A stretch of DNA of 32,000 nucleotides from Faecalibaculum rodentium (lineage in GTDB: Bacteria; Bacillota_I; Bacilli_A; Erysipelotrichales; Erysipelotrichaceae), in NCBI RefSeq assembly GCF_001564455.1, contig NZ_CP011391.1, positions 690,001-722,000 on the forward strand, given 5' to 3'. The position numbers and the translations under genes are program-made. Shown one piece after another: positions 19,997 through 27,890 of this stretch. Position 1 is the first letter of the stretch. Every line of letters begins with the position of its first letter. Below the pieces are notes generated by a model. It made no database searches. It was not told the DNA's origin and worked only from the letters and a program-made list of their open reading frames with translations.

Positions 19997-21454
19997 TCAA
20001 GCCGGGCCGTCATCATCGGCAGAAACCGGTATCAGACAATCGTCATGCACAGGAACTTGACTGTCAGCGCATGCGTTCCTGCATGTTCCATCCCGGACCG
20101 GCAGTTTGCGCCAGACCGTGAAATACATCGTCACGTAGCAGGCAATGCCGCCAATCACGTTGGAGACAGGCTCTGCTGCAAACACACCCAGGACCCCGAA
20201 CTCCCGTGGCAGCAGGAGGGTCAGGGGTACCACCAGGATCACTTTTCTGAACAGCGAGAAGAAAATGGCCTGGCTGCGTTTTCCCAGGGACTTGAACACC
20301 GTCTGTCCGGAAAACTGCAGGGCCTGGAACACGAATGCAAAGAAATAGACATGCAGGCCAGTGACAGCGGTCTGACACAGAACTTCGTCGGAGGAAAACA
20401 GACGGGTGAAAAAAGCGGGAAACAGCAGGATCATCCCCCAGATCATGAGGGAATACCCGATACACAGCCCGGTGAGGATGGCAATGGCACTGCGCAGGCG
20501 CCGGTACTTCATGGCACCATAGTTGAAACTCAGAACCGGACTTGCCCCGTCCCCGACACCGCTCAGCGGGGTCTCCATGATCTGGCGGACCGAAGCCACG
20601 ATGGTCATGACAGATATATACAGATCGCCTCCATATACAGCCAGAGTGCTGTTGGCAACTGCCTGCACAAGGCTGTTGGTGACCTGCATGATGAACGTGG
20701 CTGTCCCCAGGGACAGGATCCGCATAATACGGTCAGCTGCAAGACTGGCTTTCATCCATGTCACAGAGAGAGTCTGTGTGGCATTGGGGCCTGTCAGAAA
20801 CCGAAGGACAAACAGGGACGAGACAATCTGGGAGATCACGGTTGCAGCAGCGGCACCCTGTATTCCCCAGCCGGCAGCAAAAATGAAGACCGGATCCAGG
20901 ACGATGTTTGAAAGGGCGCCAATGAGCACCGTCATCATGCCGATCAACGGAAACCCCTGTGCGTTGATATACGGATTCATGGTCAGGGCAACCATCGAGA
21001 AGACTGTGCCGGCCAGCACCGGCTGCAGATAGGCAATCCCGGTTTGCAGGGAAGAGCCGTCTGCGCCAAACAGGGTCAGGATGGGACGGGCAAAGAGTTC
21101 CCCCACAACGGTCAGGACGATCCCGGTCAGGACGGTGAGCACGAACGACGCATTCATGTACAGCCTGGCTTCTTCGTGATTGCCCCTGCCGTTTTCCATG
21201 GCCGCCAGCGGGGCTCCTCCGCTGCCATACAGGTTGGCAAAGGCGGTGATCAGGGATATGACCGGAAAACACAGGCCGATTCCCGCCAGGGCTGAAGCAC
21301 CCTGACCGGGGATCCGGCCGATGTACATGCGGTCGACAATGTTGTAGAGCAGGGACAGGATCTGCGCAAAGACCATGGGACCGGCAGCGAGCATCACGGC
21401 TTTGAACAGGCTGCCGGACCCATAGTCGATCTGTCGGATGGTGTTCTGTTTCAT
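19997..21454 (-). CDS. MATE family efflux transporter
   Basis: 485 aa with a 12-TM pattern. The N-terminus ...LFKAVMLAAGPMVFAQILSLLYNIVDRMYIGR is typical of MATE/NorM-type proteins. A ~35-aa non-hydrophobic C-terminal tail follows. Confidence 0.8.
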   Translation of the reverse strand: MKQNTIRQIDYGSGSLFKAVMLAAGPMVFAQILSLLYNIVDRMYIGRIPGQGASALAGIGLCFPVISLITAFANLYGSGGAPLAAMENGRGNHEEARLYMNASFVLTVLTGIVLTVVGELFARPILTLFGADGSSLQTGIAYLQPVLAGTVFSMVALTMNPYINAQGFPLIGMMTVLIGALSNIVLDPVFIFAAGWGIQGAAAATVISQIVSSLFVLRFLTGPNATQTLSVTWMKASLAADRIMRILSLGTATFIMQVTNSLVQAVANSTLAVYGGDLYISVMTIVASVRQIMETPLSGVGDGASPVLSFNYGAMKYRRLRSAIAILTGLCIGYSLMIWGMILLFPAFFTRLFSSDEVLCQTAVTGLHVYFFAFVFQALQFSGQTVFKSLGKRSQAIFFSLFRKVILVVPLTLLLPREFGVLGVFAAEPVSNVIGGIACYVTMYFTVWRKLPVRDGTCRNACADSQVPVHDDCLIPVSADDDGPA

Positions 21455-21526
21455 GTCACAAGTGTACCGCTGATTGACAGGAACGGAAACCGGTCCTTCC
21501 GGTCCGCTGTATCCGGACGCATGCAG

Positions 21527-21565
21527 AAAAAGCGGACAGCCGTAAACGTATCGGCTGTCCGCTTT
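21527..21565 (-). terminator. rho-independent terminator of the flavin reductase-rubredoxin gene
   Basis: On the - strand, AAAGCGGACAGCCG pairs with CGGCTGTCCGCTTT and is followed by a T-run (the A-run at 21527-21531 on the + strand). Confidence 0.85.
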
Positions 21566-21588
21566 CCTGTTTCAGGTAAAGAACCTGG

Positions 21589-22203
21589 TCAGATCATGAT
21601 GGGCTCAAAGTCGCTGGCCGGGTGTTTGCACCAGGGGCAGATGAAATCGGCAGGCAGGTCTGCGCCTTCATAGATATAGCCGCAGATGATGCACCGCCAG
21701 GCTTTCCGGCCTTCTTTTTTCTCTTCCTGCCGGGGCTTGATATGCTCGTGGTAGTAGGTGTAGCTGGCAGAAGGCACGTCGCTCAGAATGTCGGCATTGG
21801 TCACGAACCCGATGTACATCAGGTGGGTGCCCAGATCGATTTCTTCATCCACTTCGCACTCGATCCAGGCATTGGCGCCCCTTGTCTGATAGGGAACACC
21901 ATCCGGCGTTTCGGCCTTTTCCTTCCAGTCGGCAAACTTGTCAACGTCTTTGCCGGACTGGAAACCAAAGTGACGGAAAATGTCAAAATCCGCCTTTTCG
22001 TCCAGCACCGAAACAACAAACCGGCGTGATTTTCGGATCAGCTGTCCGGTAAAGCTGTTCTTGTTGACACAGATTGCCATCTTCAACGGGGTGTCTGTCA
22101 CCTGCATGGCAGTGTTGATGATGCAGCCGGAGCTTTTTCCATCAGCAGCGGCACTCAGAACAAACAGTCCATAGGTCAGATTGCGCATTTCTTTTTCGAA
22201 CAT
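21589..22203 (-). CDS. flavin reductase-like domain fused to a C-terminal rubredoxin (high-molecular-weight-rubredoxin-like)
   Basis: N-terminal FMN-binding split-barrel pattern (LTYGLFVLSA...SGCIINTAMQVT). C-terminal WRCIICGYIYEG...DFICPWCKHPASDFE gives two CxxC pairs. The start was set at ATG 22203, preceded by GAGGA. Confidence 0.75.
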   Translation of the reverse strand: MFEKEMRNLTYGLFVLSAAADGKSSGCIINTAMQVTDTPLKMAICVNKNSFTGQLIRKSRRFVVSVLDEKADFDIFRHFGFQSGKDVDKFADWKEKAETPDGVPYQTRGANAWIECEVDEEIDLGTHLMYIGFVTNADILSDVPSASYTYYHEHIKPRQEEKKEGRKAWRCIICGYIYEGADLPADFICPWCKHPASDFEPIMI

Positions 22204-22308
22204 GATATTCCTCACTGTTTCTCTCGTTCCATTATCTTCCAAACCGTGGACAAAATCCGGCGGCGTGCCTCAAAGTTCTCTGGCAGCGGTTTCATGGAGA
22301 GGCACAGA

Positions 22309-22338
22309 TTGACACCTCCCCAGAGAGTTAGTTACTAT
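22309..22338 (+). promoter_or_regulatory. candidate promoter for the ABC operon (TTGACA, 18-nt spacer, TACTAT)
   Basis: -35 at 22309-22314 and -10 at 22333-22338. The imperfect palindrome CTAtTAaCtGgTAtTAG (22335-22351) overlaps the -10 and the predicted transcription start. Confidence 0.5.
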
Positions 22339-22363
22339 TAACTGGTATTAGGAGGGGCTAACT

Positions 22364-24061
22364 ATGCTGAACAAAAAGCTGCTGCAGGCTGTACCCGAAG
22401 CCATGCCGTACATCAGACGCAATGTGCTGTTTCAGTGGCTGTCCATGCTGTGTGGAATCACCGCCTATGGCGTACTGGCGCTTGTGTCATCGCAGCTGAT
22501 CCTGGAAAGGTCTTTCACCGGACTGGGTTTCCGGCTGTGCATTCTTGCGGCTGCTCTTTTCGGACGATGGTTCTTCACTCTGCGAGCAGTGCAGGCGAGT
22601 GCGGGTGCCAGCGAGAGTGCCAAGCGTACGATCCGGAAGCGCCTGCTGGCGAAACTGGCTTCGCTTTCCTGGGATGAGAGTTCGGCCTGGAACACGAGCG
22701 AACTGGTGCAGCTGGCCGGAGAGGGAACCGAGCAGCTGGAATCCTATTTTGCGAGCTATATACCGCAGTTTTTCTATGCTCTCCTGGCTCCTCTCACGCT
22801 GTTTGTCATCACACTGTTTCTCAATGTGCCTGCGGCATTCGCACTTCTGCTCTGTGTACCGCTGATTCCTGTCAGCATTGTGGCGGTGCAGAAGTTTGCG
22901 AAGAAACTCCTTGCGAAATACTGGGGGCAGTACACCACGCTTGGGGATTCTTTCCTGGAGAATCTGCAGGGGCTGACGACACTGAAAATCTATCAGGCGG
23001 ATCAGGCGCGGCACGAAAAAATGAATGAGGAAGCGGAGAATTTCCGGAAAATCACCATGCGGGTGCTGATCATGCAGCTGAACTCCATCTCTGTGATGGA
23101 TCTTGTTGCCTATGGGGGAGCTGCCCTTGGGATGCTGCTGGGGATCCTGGCATGGCGGACCCACACCATGTCCCTGTTCCGGGTCCTGTTCCTGATTCTG
23201 ATCGCCTCGGAATTCTTTCTGCCCATGCGGGCACTTGGCAGTTTCTTCCACATCGCCATGAATGGACAGGCCGCTGCCGAGAAGCTCTTCACGATTCTGG
23301 AAACCGTTTCCCGGGTCCCCGGAACCGGGATTCCTGACTCTCTGGACATTGAAGCCCGAAATCTTGGCTGGGAATACGAACCGGGCCACCCTGTGCTGCA
23401 GGATGTGTCTCTGCATATCAAGCCGGGGGCATCCATTGGCATTGCGGGACAGTCGGGCTCCGGCAAAAGCACACTGGCGGCTCTGATCCGCGGACGACTG
23501 TCGGACAGCGGTGTCACCATTGGCGGCGTACCGGTGCCTGACATCAATCCGGCCTGGCTGCAGGAGAACCTCACAGTGCTCGACCATCATGGCTTTCTGT
23601 TTGAAGGCACCATCCGGGACAACCTGTGTCTGGCGGATCCCGAAGCAGAGGATGAACAGCTTGTGCGGGCCATGAAACAGGCGGGAATCAACCTGCCGCT
23701 GGATGCACCGGTGCGGGAAAACGGGTCGAATCTTTCGGGAGGACAGCGACAGCGGATCGCACTGGCCCGGGCGCTGGTTAAGGATGCACCGGTCCTGATC
23801 CTGGATGAAGCCACCAGCGCGGTGGATGCGCAGAGCGAGAATGCCATCATGCAGGCGGTCAAAGGCCTGAAGGACAAGACACTGATCATCATTTCTCACC
23901 GGCTTGTCAATCTCCAGGATACCGGGGAGATCCTGGTCCTCGATCATGGCAGACCGGCCGGATGTGCTTCACATGACAGTCTGCTGAAAGAATCCCCTGC
24001 TTATGCCTCGCTCTGGAATGCACAGCAGGAGCTTGAACGCTACGGAAAGGAGTCCGCATGA
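22364..24061 (+). CDS. ABC transporter permease/ATP-binding fusion, CydD-like (thiol-reductant exporter family)
   Basis: 565 aa: an N-terminal 6-TM domain plus an NBD with Walker A GQSGSGKST, signature LSGGQRQRIALARAL and Walker B LILDEATSAVD. It pairs with the next gene through an ATGA overlap. The CydD assignment is by resemblance only. Confidence 0.65.
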   Translation: MLNKKLLQAVPEAMPYIRRNVLFQWLSMLCGITAYGVLALVSSQLILERSFTGLGFRLCILAAALFGRWFFTLRAVQASAGASESAKRTIRKRLLAKLASLSWDESSAWNTSELVQLAGEGTEQLESYFASYIPQFFYALLAPLTLFVITLFLNVPAAFALLLCVPLIPVSIVAVQKFAKKLLAKYWGQYTTLGDSFLENLQGLTTLKIYQADQARHEKMNEEAENFRKITMRVLIMQLNSISVMDLVAYGGAALGMLLGILAWRTHTMSLFRVLFLILIASEFFLPMRALGSFFHIAMNGQAAAEKLFTILETVSRVPGTGIPDSLDIEARNLGWEYEPGHPVLQDVSLHIKPGASIGIAGQSGSGKSTLAALIRGRLSDSGVTIGGVPVPDINPAWLQENLTVLDHHGFLFEGTIRDNLCLADPEAEDEQLVRAMKQAGINLPLDAPVRENGSNLSGGQRQRIALARALVKDAPVLILDEATSAVDAQSENAIMQAVKGLKDKTLIIISHRLVNLQDTGEILVLDHGRPAGCASHDSLLKESPAYASLWNAQQELERYGKESA

Positions 24062-25764
24062 AACCGTTGACGATCCTGCGCCGGCTGATTGGTCAGGTCC
24101 GGTCCATGACCGGCTGGATGGTCCTGGCAATTCTTCTGGGTGTTGCCGGATTTCTGGCTGCCATCCTGATACCGGTCCTGGCGGGAATGGCACTGTTTGA
24201 AGGTGGGCCCGTCCTGCTGTGGATCATGGGTCTCTGTGCTGTGCTGCGGGGGGTGCTCCGATATGGCGAACAGGCCTGCAACCATTACATAGCATTCCGG
24301 CTCCTGGCCAGGATCCGGGATCTTGTGTTTGGAAAACTCCGGGCGCTGGCCCCTGCAAAACTGGAAGGCCGCCGAAAAGGCGACCTGATTTCTCTGATCA
24401 CCAGTGATGTTGAGCTGCTGGAAGTGTTCTATGCACATACCATCAGCCCTGTGGCCATTGCGCTGATCGTCAGTCTGATCTTTGTGGCCTGGCAGACATC
24501 GCTGAATCCCTGGCTGGGTGTGGCAGCTGCGGGGTCTTATGCATTTGTGGGGGTGATCCTTCCCTGGATGCAGTCCAGGTCTGCGGCTGCGCTCGGCAAG
24601 ACATACCGGGAGGAATCCGGCAGGCTGACGGCTGTGGTGCTGGAAACCATCCGCGGGCAGATGGAGCTGCGTCAGTACGGCGCGCAGGAGCGGCGTCTGC
24701 AGGATGTGCAAGCCCGGACAGCAAAGCTGGCGGAAACAGAGGACAGATTGAAGAAACTGCAGGGCAATGCCCAGGGTACAGCGGGAGTGGCTGTGATTCT
24801 CTGTGCAGCAGGACTTCTGCTTCTGGGCGGATGGCTGCATCGCGGGGGGCTGCTGTCAGCCAGAGATCTGGTGATTTCGTTTCTGGTCCAGATTTCCAGC
24901 TTCGGGCCGGTGATCGCTCTGTCAAATCTTGGCACTGGTCTGTCCCAGACACTGGGGGCGGGGGAACGGATCCTGTCCCTGCTGGATGAATCCCCTGCAA
25001 CGCCGGACATAGCCGGTCCGGCAGACGATCTGTCGGACATGGCGCTCGAGAATGTTTCGTTCGCCTACGAATCCTGTCAGACACCGGTACTGGAGAACAT
25101 GTCGCTGCAGCTGCCCGCGAGCGGGATCCTGGGGGTATGCGGTCCTTCCGGCTGTGGAAAAAGCACCCTGGTGCGGCTGCTGATGCGGTTCTGGGATCCC
25201 CGGTCGGGACAGGTGACTGCAGAAGGCAGAGACCTGCGGAATCTGCCCACAGCCACCCTTCGGCAGGCACAGGCGTTTGTGACCCAGGATACAGATCTGT
25301 TCCATGCCACCATTGCGGAAAACCTGTGCATTGCGAAACCGGACGCCACTCGGGAAGAACTCGAGGCAGCCTGCCGGAAGGCCGCCATTGATGATTTTAT
25401 CCGGACCCTGCCTCAGGGCTATGACACCATGGTGGGAGAACTGGGGAGCACGCTTTCCGGAGGGGAGCGTCAGCGCCTCGGGCTGGCGAGGGCTTTCCTG
25501 CGGGAGGGGCAGTTCCTGTTTCTGGATGAACCCACCAGCAATCTGGATTCCCTGAATGAAGGCATCATCCTGCAGGCTATTGACCGGCAGATGCAGGGTA
25601 AAACCGTGGTGCTGATCACACACCGGAAGTCCACACTGGGATTCGCGGATGAAATCCTGCAGATGCATCCGGTTCACAGCGATCACAGTGACCGAAATGC
25701 CGGTCTGGTCACAGAGAAGAAACGCCGGCTGAACAGCGCAATGCAGAAAGGAATCAGAGGATGA
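24058..25764 (+). CDS. ABC transporter permease/ATP-binding fusion, CydC-like
   Basis: 568 aa with Walker A GPSGCGKST, signature LSGGERQRLGLARAF and Walker B LFLDEPTSNLD. It is translationally coupled to both neighbours. Confidence 0.65.
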   Translation: MKPLTILRRLIGQVRSMTGWMVLAILLGVAGFLAAILIPVLAGMALFEGGPVLLWIMGLCAVLRGVLRYGEQACNHYIAFRLLARIRDLVFGKLRALAPAKLEGRRKGDLISLITSDVELLEVFYAHTISPVAIALIVSLIFVAWQTSLNPWLGVAAAGSYAFVGVILPWMQSRSAAALGKTYREESGRLTAVVLETIRGQMELRQYGAQERRLQDVQARTAKLAETEDRLKKLQGNAQGTAGVAVILCAAGLLLLGGWLHRGGLLSARDLVISFLVQISSFGPVIALSNLGTGLSQTLGAGERILSLLDESPATPDIAGPADDLSDMALENVSFAYESCQTPVLENMSLQLPASGILGVCGPSGCGKSTLVRLLMRFWDPRSGQVTAEGRDLRNLPTATLRQAQAFVTQDTDLFHATIAENLCIAKPDATREELEAACRKAAIDDFIRTLPQGYDTMVGELGSTLSGGERQRLGLARAFLREGQFLFLDEPTSNLDSLNEGIILQAIDRQMQGKTVVLITHRKSTLGFADEILQMHPVHSDHSDRNAGLVTEKKRRLNSAMQKGIRG

Positions 25765-26495
25765 ACGGGAAACTGAAACCGCAGACGGGCAGCCGGAGAA
25801 CGGGCCTGGAGACAGAAAACGGACAGCGGCAGGCTGTGGAAGAAAAACGGCAGCTGGAGAAGGACACTGTATCGACCATGATCGACATCCGCTACAAGGG
25901 AAGCGCGGAGGGGGAAGCCCTGAAGGCCTATGCCTGTGCACGCATTGACAAGTGTCCGTTCATGGCTGAAAAGACATTCTGTTCCCAGTGCCGTGTTCAC
26001 TGTTACTCCCCTGAACAAAGACAGCAGATCCGCGAAGTCATGAAGTACAGCGGTCCCCGGATGCTGTTTCGCAAGCCCGGGATGGTGATCCGTCATGCCC
26101 TTGCAGGAAAGGATCCCAGGAAACTGCTGTATCTGTGCCTGGGATTTGTGGGACTTGGTCTCGGTGCCATTGGTGCGATTCTCCCTTTGCTCCCCGCATT
26201 TCCCTTCCTGCTGATGGCGGCCTGGGGATTCGGGAAAAGCAGTGACCGGCTAAACAGCTGGTTCTGCGGGACCAGACTGTACCGGGAAAACCTCGAGGAC
26301 TGGGTCCGGGAACGGGGAATGACCAGGAAAGCAAAAATCCGTGTCATGTGCGTCATTACAGCGACCATGCTGTTCGGGTTTGTCATGATGGGAAGAGTGC
26401 CATGGGCGCAGGCAATCCTGCTGATGGTCTGGATCGGTCATGTGGTGTATTTCCTTCGCGGGATCCGTACATTGAAGGTCCCTGCAGCTGACTGA
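25761..26495 (+). CDS. fusion protein: YgbA-like Cys-rich (nitrous-oxide-stimulated-promoter family) domain plus YbaN/DUF454 membrane domain
   Basis: The N-terminal part MIDIRY...CARIDKCPF..KTFCSQCRVHCYSPEQRQQIREVMKYSGPRMLFRKPGMVIRH parallels E. coli YgbA as I recall it. The C-terminal part ILPLLPAFPFLLMAAWGFGKSSDRLNSWF... parallels YbaN. Its ATG overlaps the upstream stop (ATGA). Confidence 0.7.
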   Translation: MNGKLKPQTGSRRTGLETENGQRQAVEEKRQLEKDTVSTMIDIRYKGSAEGEALKAYACARIDKCPFMAEKTFCSQCRVHCYSPEQRQQIREVMKYSGPRMLFRKPGMVIRHALAGKDPRKLLYLCLGFVGLGLGAIGAILPLLPAFPFLLMAAWGFGKSSDRLNSWFCGTRLYRENLEDWVRERGMTRKAKIRVMCVITATMLFGFVMMGRVPWAQAILLMVWIGHVVYFLRGIRTLKVPAAD

Positions 26496-26587
26496 AGCTG
26501 TGAGGACGTTTGACGAATGTGTCAGGCAGGCTTTGTGCCTGACTTCCGGCTGCTGCGACTGTGGATGGTGCAGTGGGGTGCCGCTTT

Positions 26588-26618
26588 GCGGGCTGTGAAA
26601 GCAGTCTGCATTTTTTTT
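26588..26618 (+). terminator. rho-independent terminator of the ABC-YgbA::YbaN operon
   Basis: GCGGGCTG, loop tgaaag, CAGTCTGC (two G-U pairs), followed by A and T8 (26611-26618). Confidence 0.7.
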
Positions 26619-26686
26619 GTATCCGGAAACGGCAGGGTGCCGGCCGTGATGGTTTGATGACAGCCAGACTGAAGAGAGGGGAAAAC

Positions 26687-26707
26687 AAAAAAACTCCCCG
26701 AGGGGAG
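26687..26707 (-). terminator. rho-independent terminator after 5S rRNA
   Basis: On the - strand: CTCCC, loop ctcg, GGGAG, followed by T7. Confidence 0.8.
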
Positions 26708-26712
26708 CATTG

Positions 26713-26819
26713 AACTGGCAACTTCCTATTTTTGCCTTTCGGCTATCGTCGGCGTTGATGTGCTTGACTTCTGTGTTCGGGATGGGAACAGGTATTTCCA
26801 CATCGCTGTCGTCACCAGA
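26713..26819 (-). rRNA. rrf: 5S ribosomal RNA (short, ~107 nt), not linked to 16S/23S in this window
   Basis: The - strand reads CUGGUGACGACAGCGAUGUGGAAAUACCUGUUCCCAUCCCGAACACAGAAGUCAAGCACAUCAACGCCGACGAUAGCCGAAAGGCAAAAAUAGGAAGUUGCCAG. This contains the universal CCGAACAC...AAGU.AAGC core, and helix I closes as CUGGUGAC/GUUGCCAG. The ends are +/- 2 nt. Confidence 0.85.
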
Positions 26820-26821
26820 GC

Positions 26822-26898
26822 TGGGGCGGCTGACGCGATTCGAACGCGCGAGTGACGGAGCCACAATCCGCTGTGTTAACCACTTCACCACAACCGCC
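26822..26898 (-). tRNA. tRNA-His (anticodon GTG) with encoded G-1 and CCA
   Basis: I folded the cloverleaf by hand. Acceptor GCGGTTG/CAGCCGC; anticodon stem-loop GCGGA-TTGTGGC-TCCGT; T arm GCGCG-TTCGAAT-CGCGT. The extra 5' G opposite C73 is the His identity element. Confidence 0.9.
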
Positions 26899-26910
26899 AT
26901 GTGCCTTTCA

Positions 26911-26939
26911 ATTATAAGAAATGCACAGATGCTTGTAAA
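26911..26939 (-). promoter_or_regulatory. strong sigma-70 promoter for tRNA-His/5S (TTTACA, 17-nt spacer, TATAAT) with an AT-rich upstream region
   Basis: On the - strand the -35 is at 26939-26934 and the -10 at 26916-26911. The predicted start is only a few nt before the tRNA 5' end. Confidence 0.75.
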
Positions 26940-26960
26940 GGATAAAATTCAGAATTTTGT

Positions 26961-27410
26961 TCAGTTTTTCAGGCAGCTGTTGATGCCGGCCAGTCTGTGT
27001 CGCATCCAGATATATTCCAGCGCCCAGATGACTGAAAAGATTCCGCTGAAAGTCAGGATGTCCAGGACCACATCCTGCATAGTCAGCCGGATCCACCCGC
27101 AGCACACGCCAGCCAGCACCTGGGTTCCGGCGCCAAGAACAAAGAATACAGCCGTTCTTAATCCCAGTGACCAGTTCTCTTTCTTCCAGATCAGACTGGC
27201 GCCTCCAAAAACAGCCCCGATCACCATCAGCCACAGGGTCTGCACAGCTGCGGCTCCCACTTCACTCCCGGTTTGTGTCACAAGCCATGGACCGGTATAC
27301 AGGAAATCTCCTGTCCCCGCAGCTGCGGAAATCCCCAGGGAAATGAACACCCCGATCATGACACCCAGCGGCATTCCCAGAAGGATCCGCATCCAGAACT
27401 GTTTTTTCAT
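26961..27410 (-). CDS. DUF3021-like small multi-pass membrane protein (partner of the LytTR regulator)
   Basis: 149 aa with four or more hydrophobic helices. It is coupled by an ATGA overlap to the upstream LytTR gene. The LytTR plus DUF3021 pairing is a recurrent Firmicute two-gene module. Confidence 0.65.
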   Translation of the reverse strand: MKKQFWMRILLGMPLGVMIGVFISLGISAAAGTGDFLYTGPWLVTQTGSEVGAAAVQTLWLMVIGAVFGGASLIWKKENWSLGLRTAVFFVLGAGTQVLAGVCCGWIRLTMQDVVLDILTFSGIFSVIWALEYIWMRHRLAGINSCLKN

Positions 27411-27847
27411 ATACCCAGTACCTCCCTGATTTTCTTTACACTTCTTCTCGCGACATACGACCGGTGGCCATCTTTCATCCGTACTTCGATGGTACCGGCA
27501 AGCGACATGTCAAAACTCTCGGCGTGATCCAGATTGATGATCTCGCTCCGTGAGATCCGGACAAACCTGGAAGGGTCCAGCCTTGCCTCCGCTTCGTAAA
27601 GGCGGAGTTTCAGGCGCCATGTTCCGTTTTGTGTCTGTACATAAACGTCTTCGCCATCTGCCCAGAGTCTGCTGACAGAATCAGGATCCAGCAGTTTTGC
27701 GCGACCATCCTGTATGGCGCATAACCGGCGGGTCTCCAGACTGGCAAGCAGTCCCGCCGCTTTGTGGACTTCGTCTGTCACAGCGGGTGTCTCGATGATT
27801 GCCAGGGGTTCTGTCCTTCGGCTGTTCAGTCTGATTTCTGTTTTCAT
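27407..27847 (-). CDS. LytTR-family DNA-binding protein (stand-alone, 146 aa, no receiver domain)
   Basis: C-terminal FVRISRSEIINLDHAESFD...IEVRMKDGHRSYVARRSVKKIRE is a LytTR domain pattern. The start was set at ATG 27847; the upstream extension to 27988 looks non-coding and contains the repeats and promoter. Confidence 0.75.
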   Translation of the reverse strand: MKTEIRLNSRRTEPLAIIETPAVTDEVHKAAGLLASLETRRLCAIQDGRAKLLDPDSVSRLWADGEDVYVQTQNGTWRLKLRLYEAEARLDPSRFVRISRSEIINLDHAESFDMSLAGTIEVRMKDGHRSYVARRSVKKIREVLGI

Positions 27848-27890
27848 GGGTTCATTATCCCGGAATGATCCGGATCTGTCCTGCTTTCTT

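Noticed and set aside
21455-21526. Riboswitch upstream of the MATE gene (ykkC/guanidine-type elements often precede such exporters)
   Set aside because: Only about 70 nt separate the upstream terminator from the start codon, which is too short for those RNAs, and no conserved core was recognised. A -10-like TACACT lies 6 nt before the ATG and hints at a short or absent leader, but the -35 is poor, so no claim is made.
12670-23947. Other long antisense ORFs (12670..13995 -, 15705..17159 -, 18127..19392 -, 22487..23947 -, 24922..25941 -)
   Set aside because: Each is antisense to a gene with clear family motifs (YdcF, PPi-PFK, Amt, ABC transporters) and has a repetitive, biased composition. They were judged non-coding.
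26710-27429. Track ORF 26710..27429 (+, 239 aa)
   Set aside because: It runs across the 5S rRNA, tRNA-His and their promoter, and is antisense to the DUF3021 gene. The RNA genes and the - strand CDS explain the sequence better.
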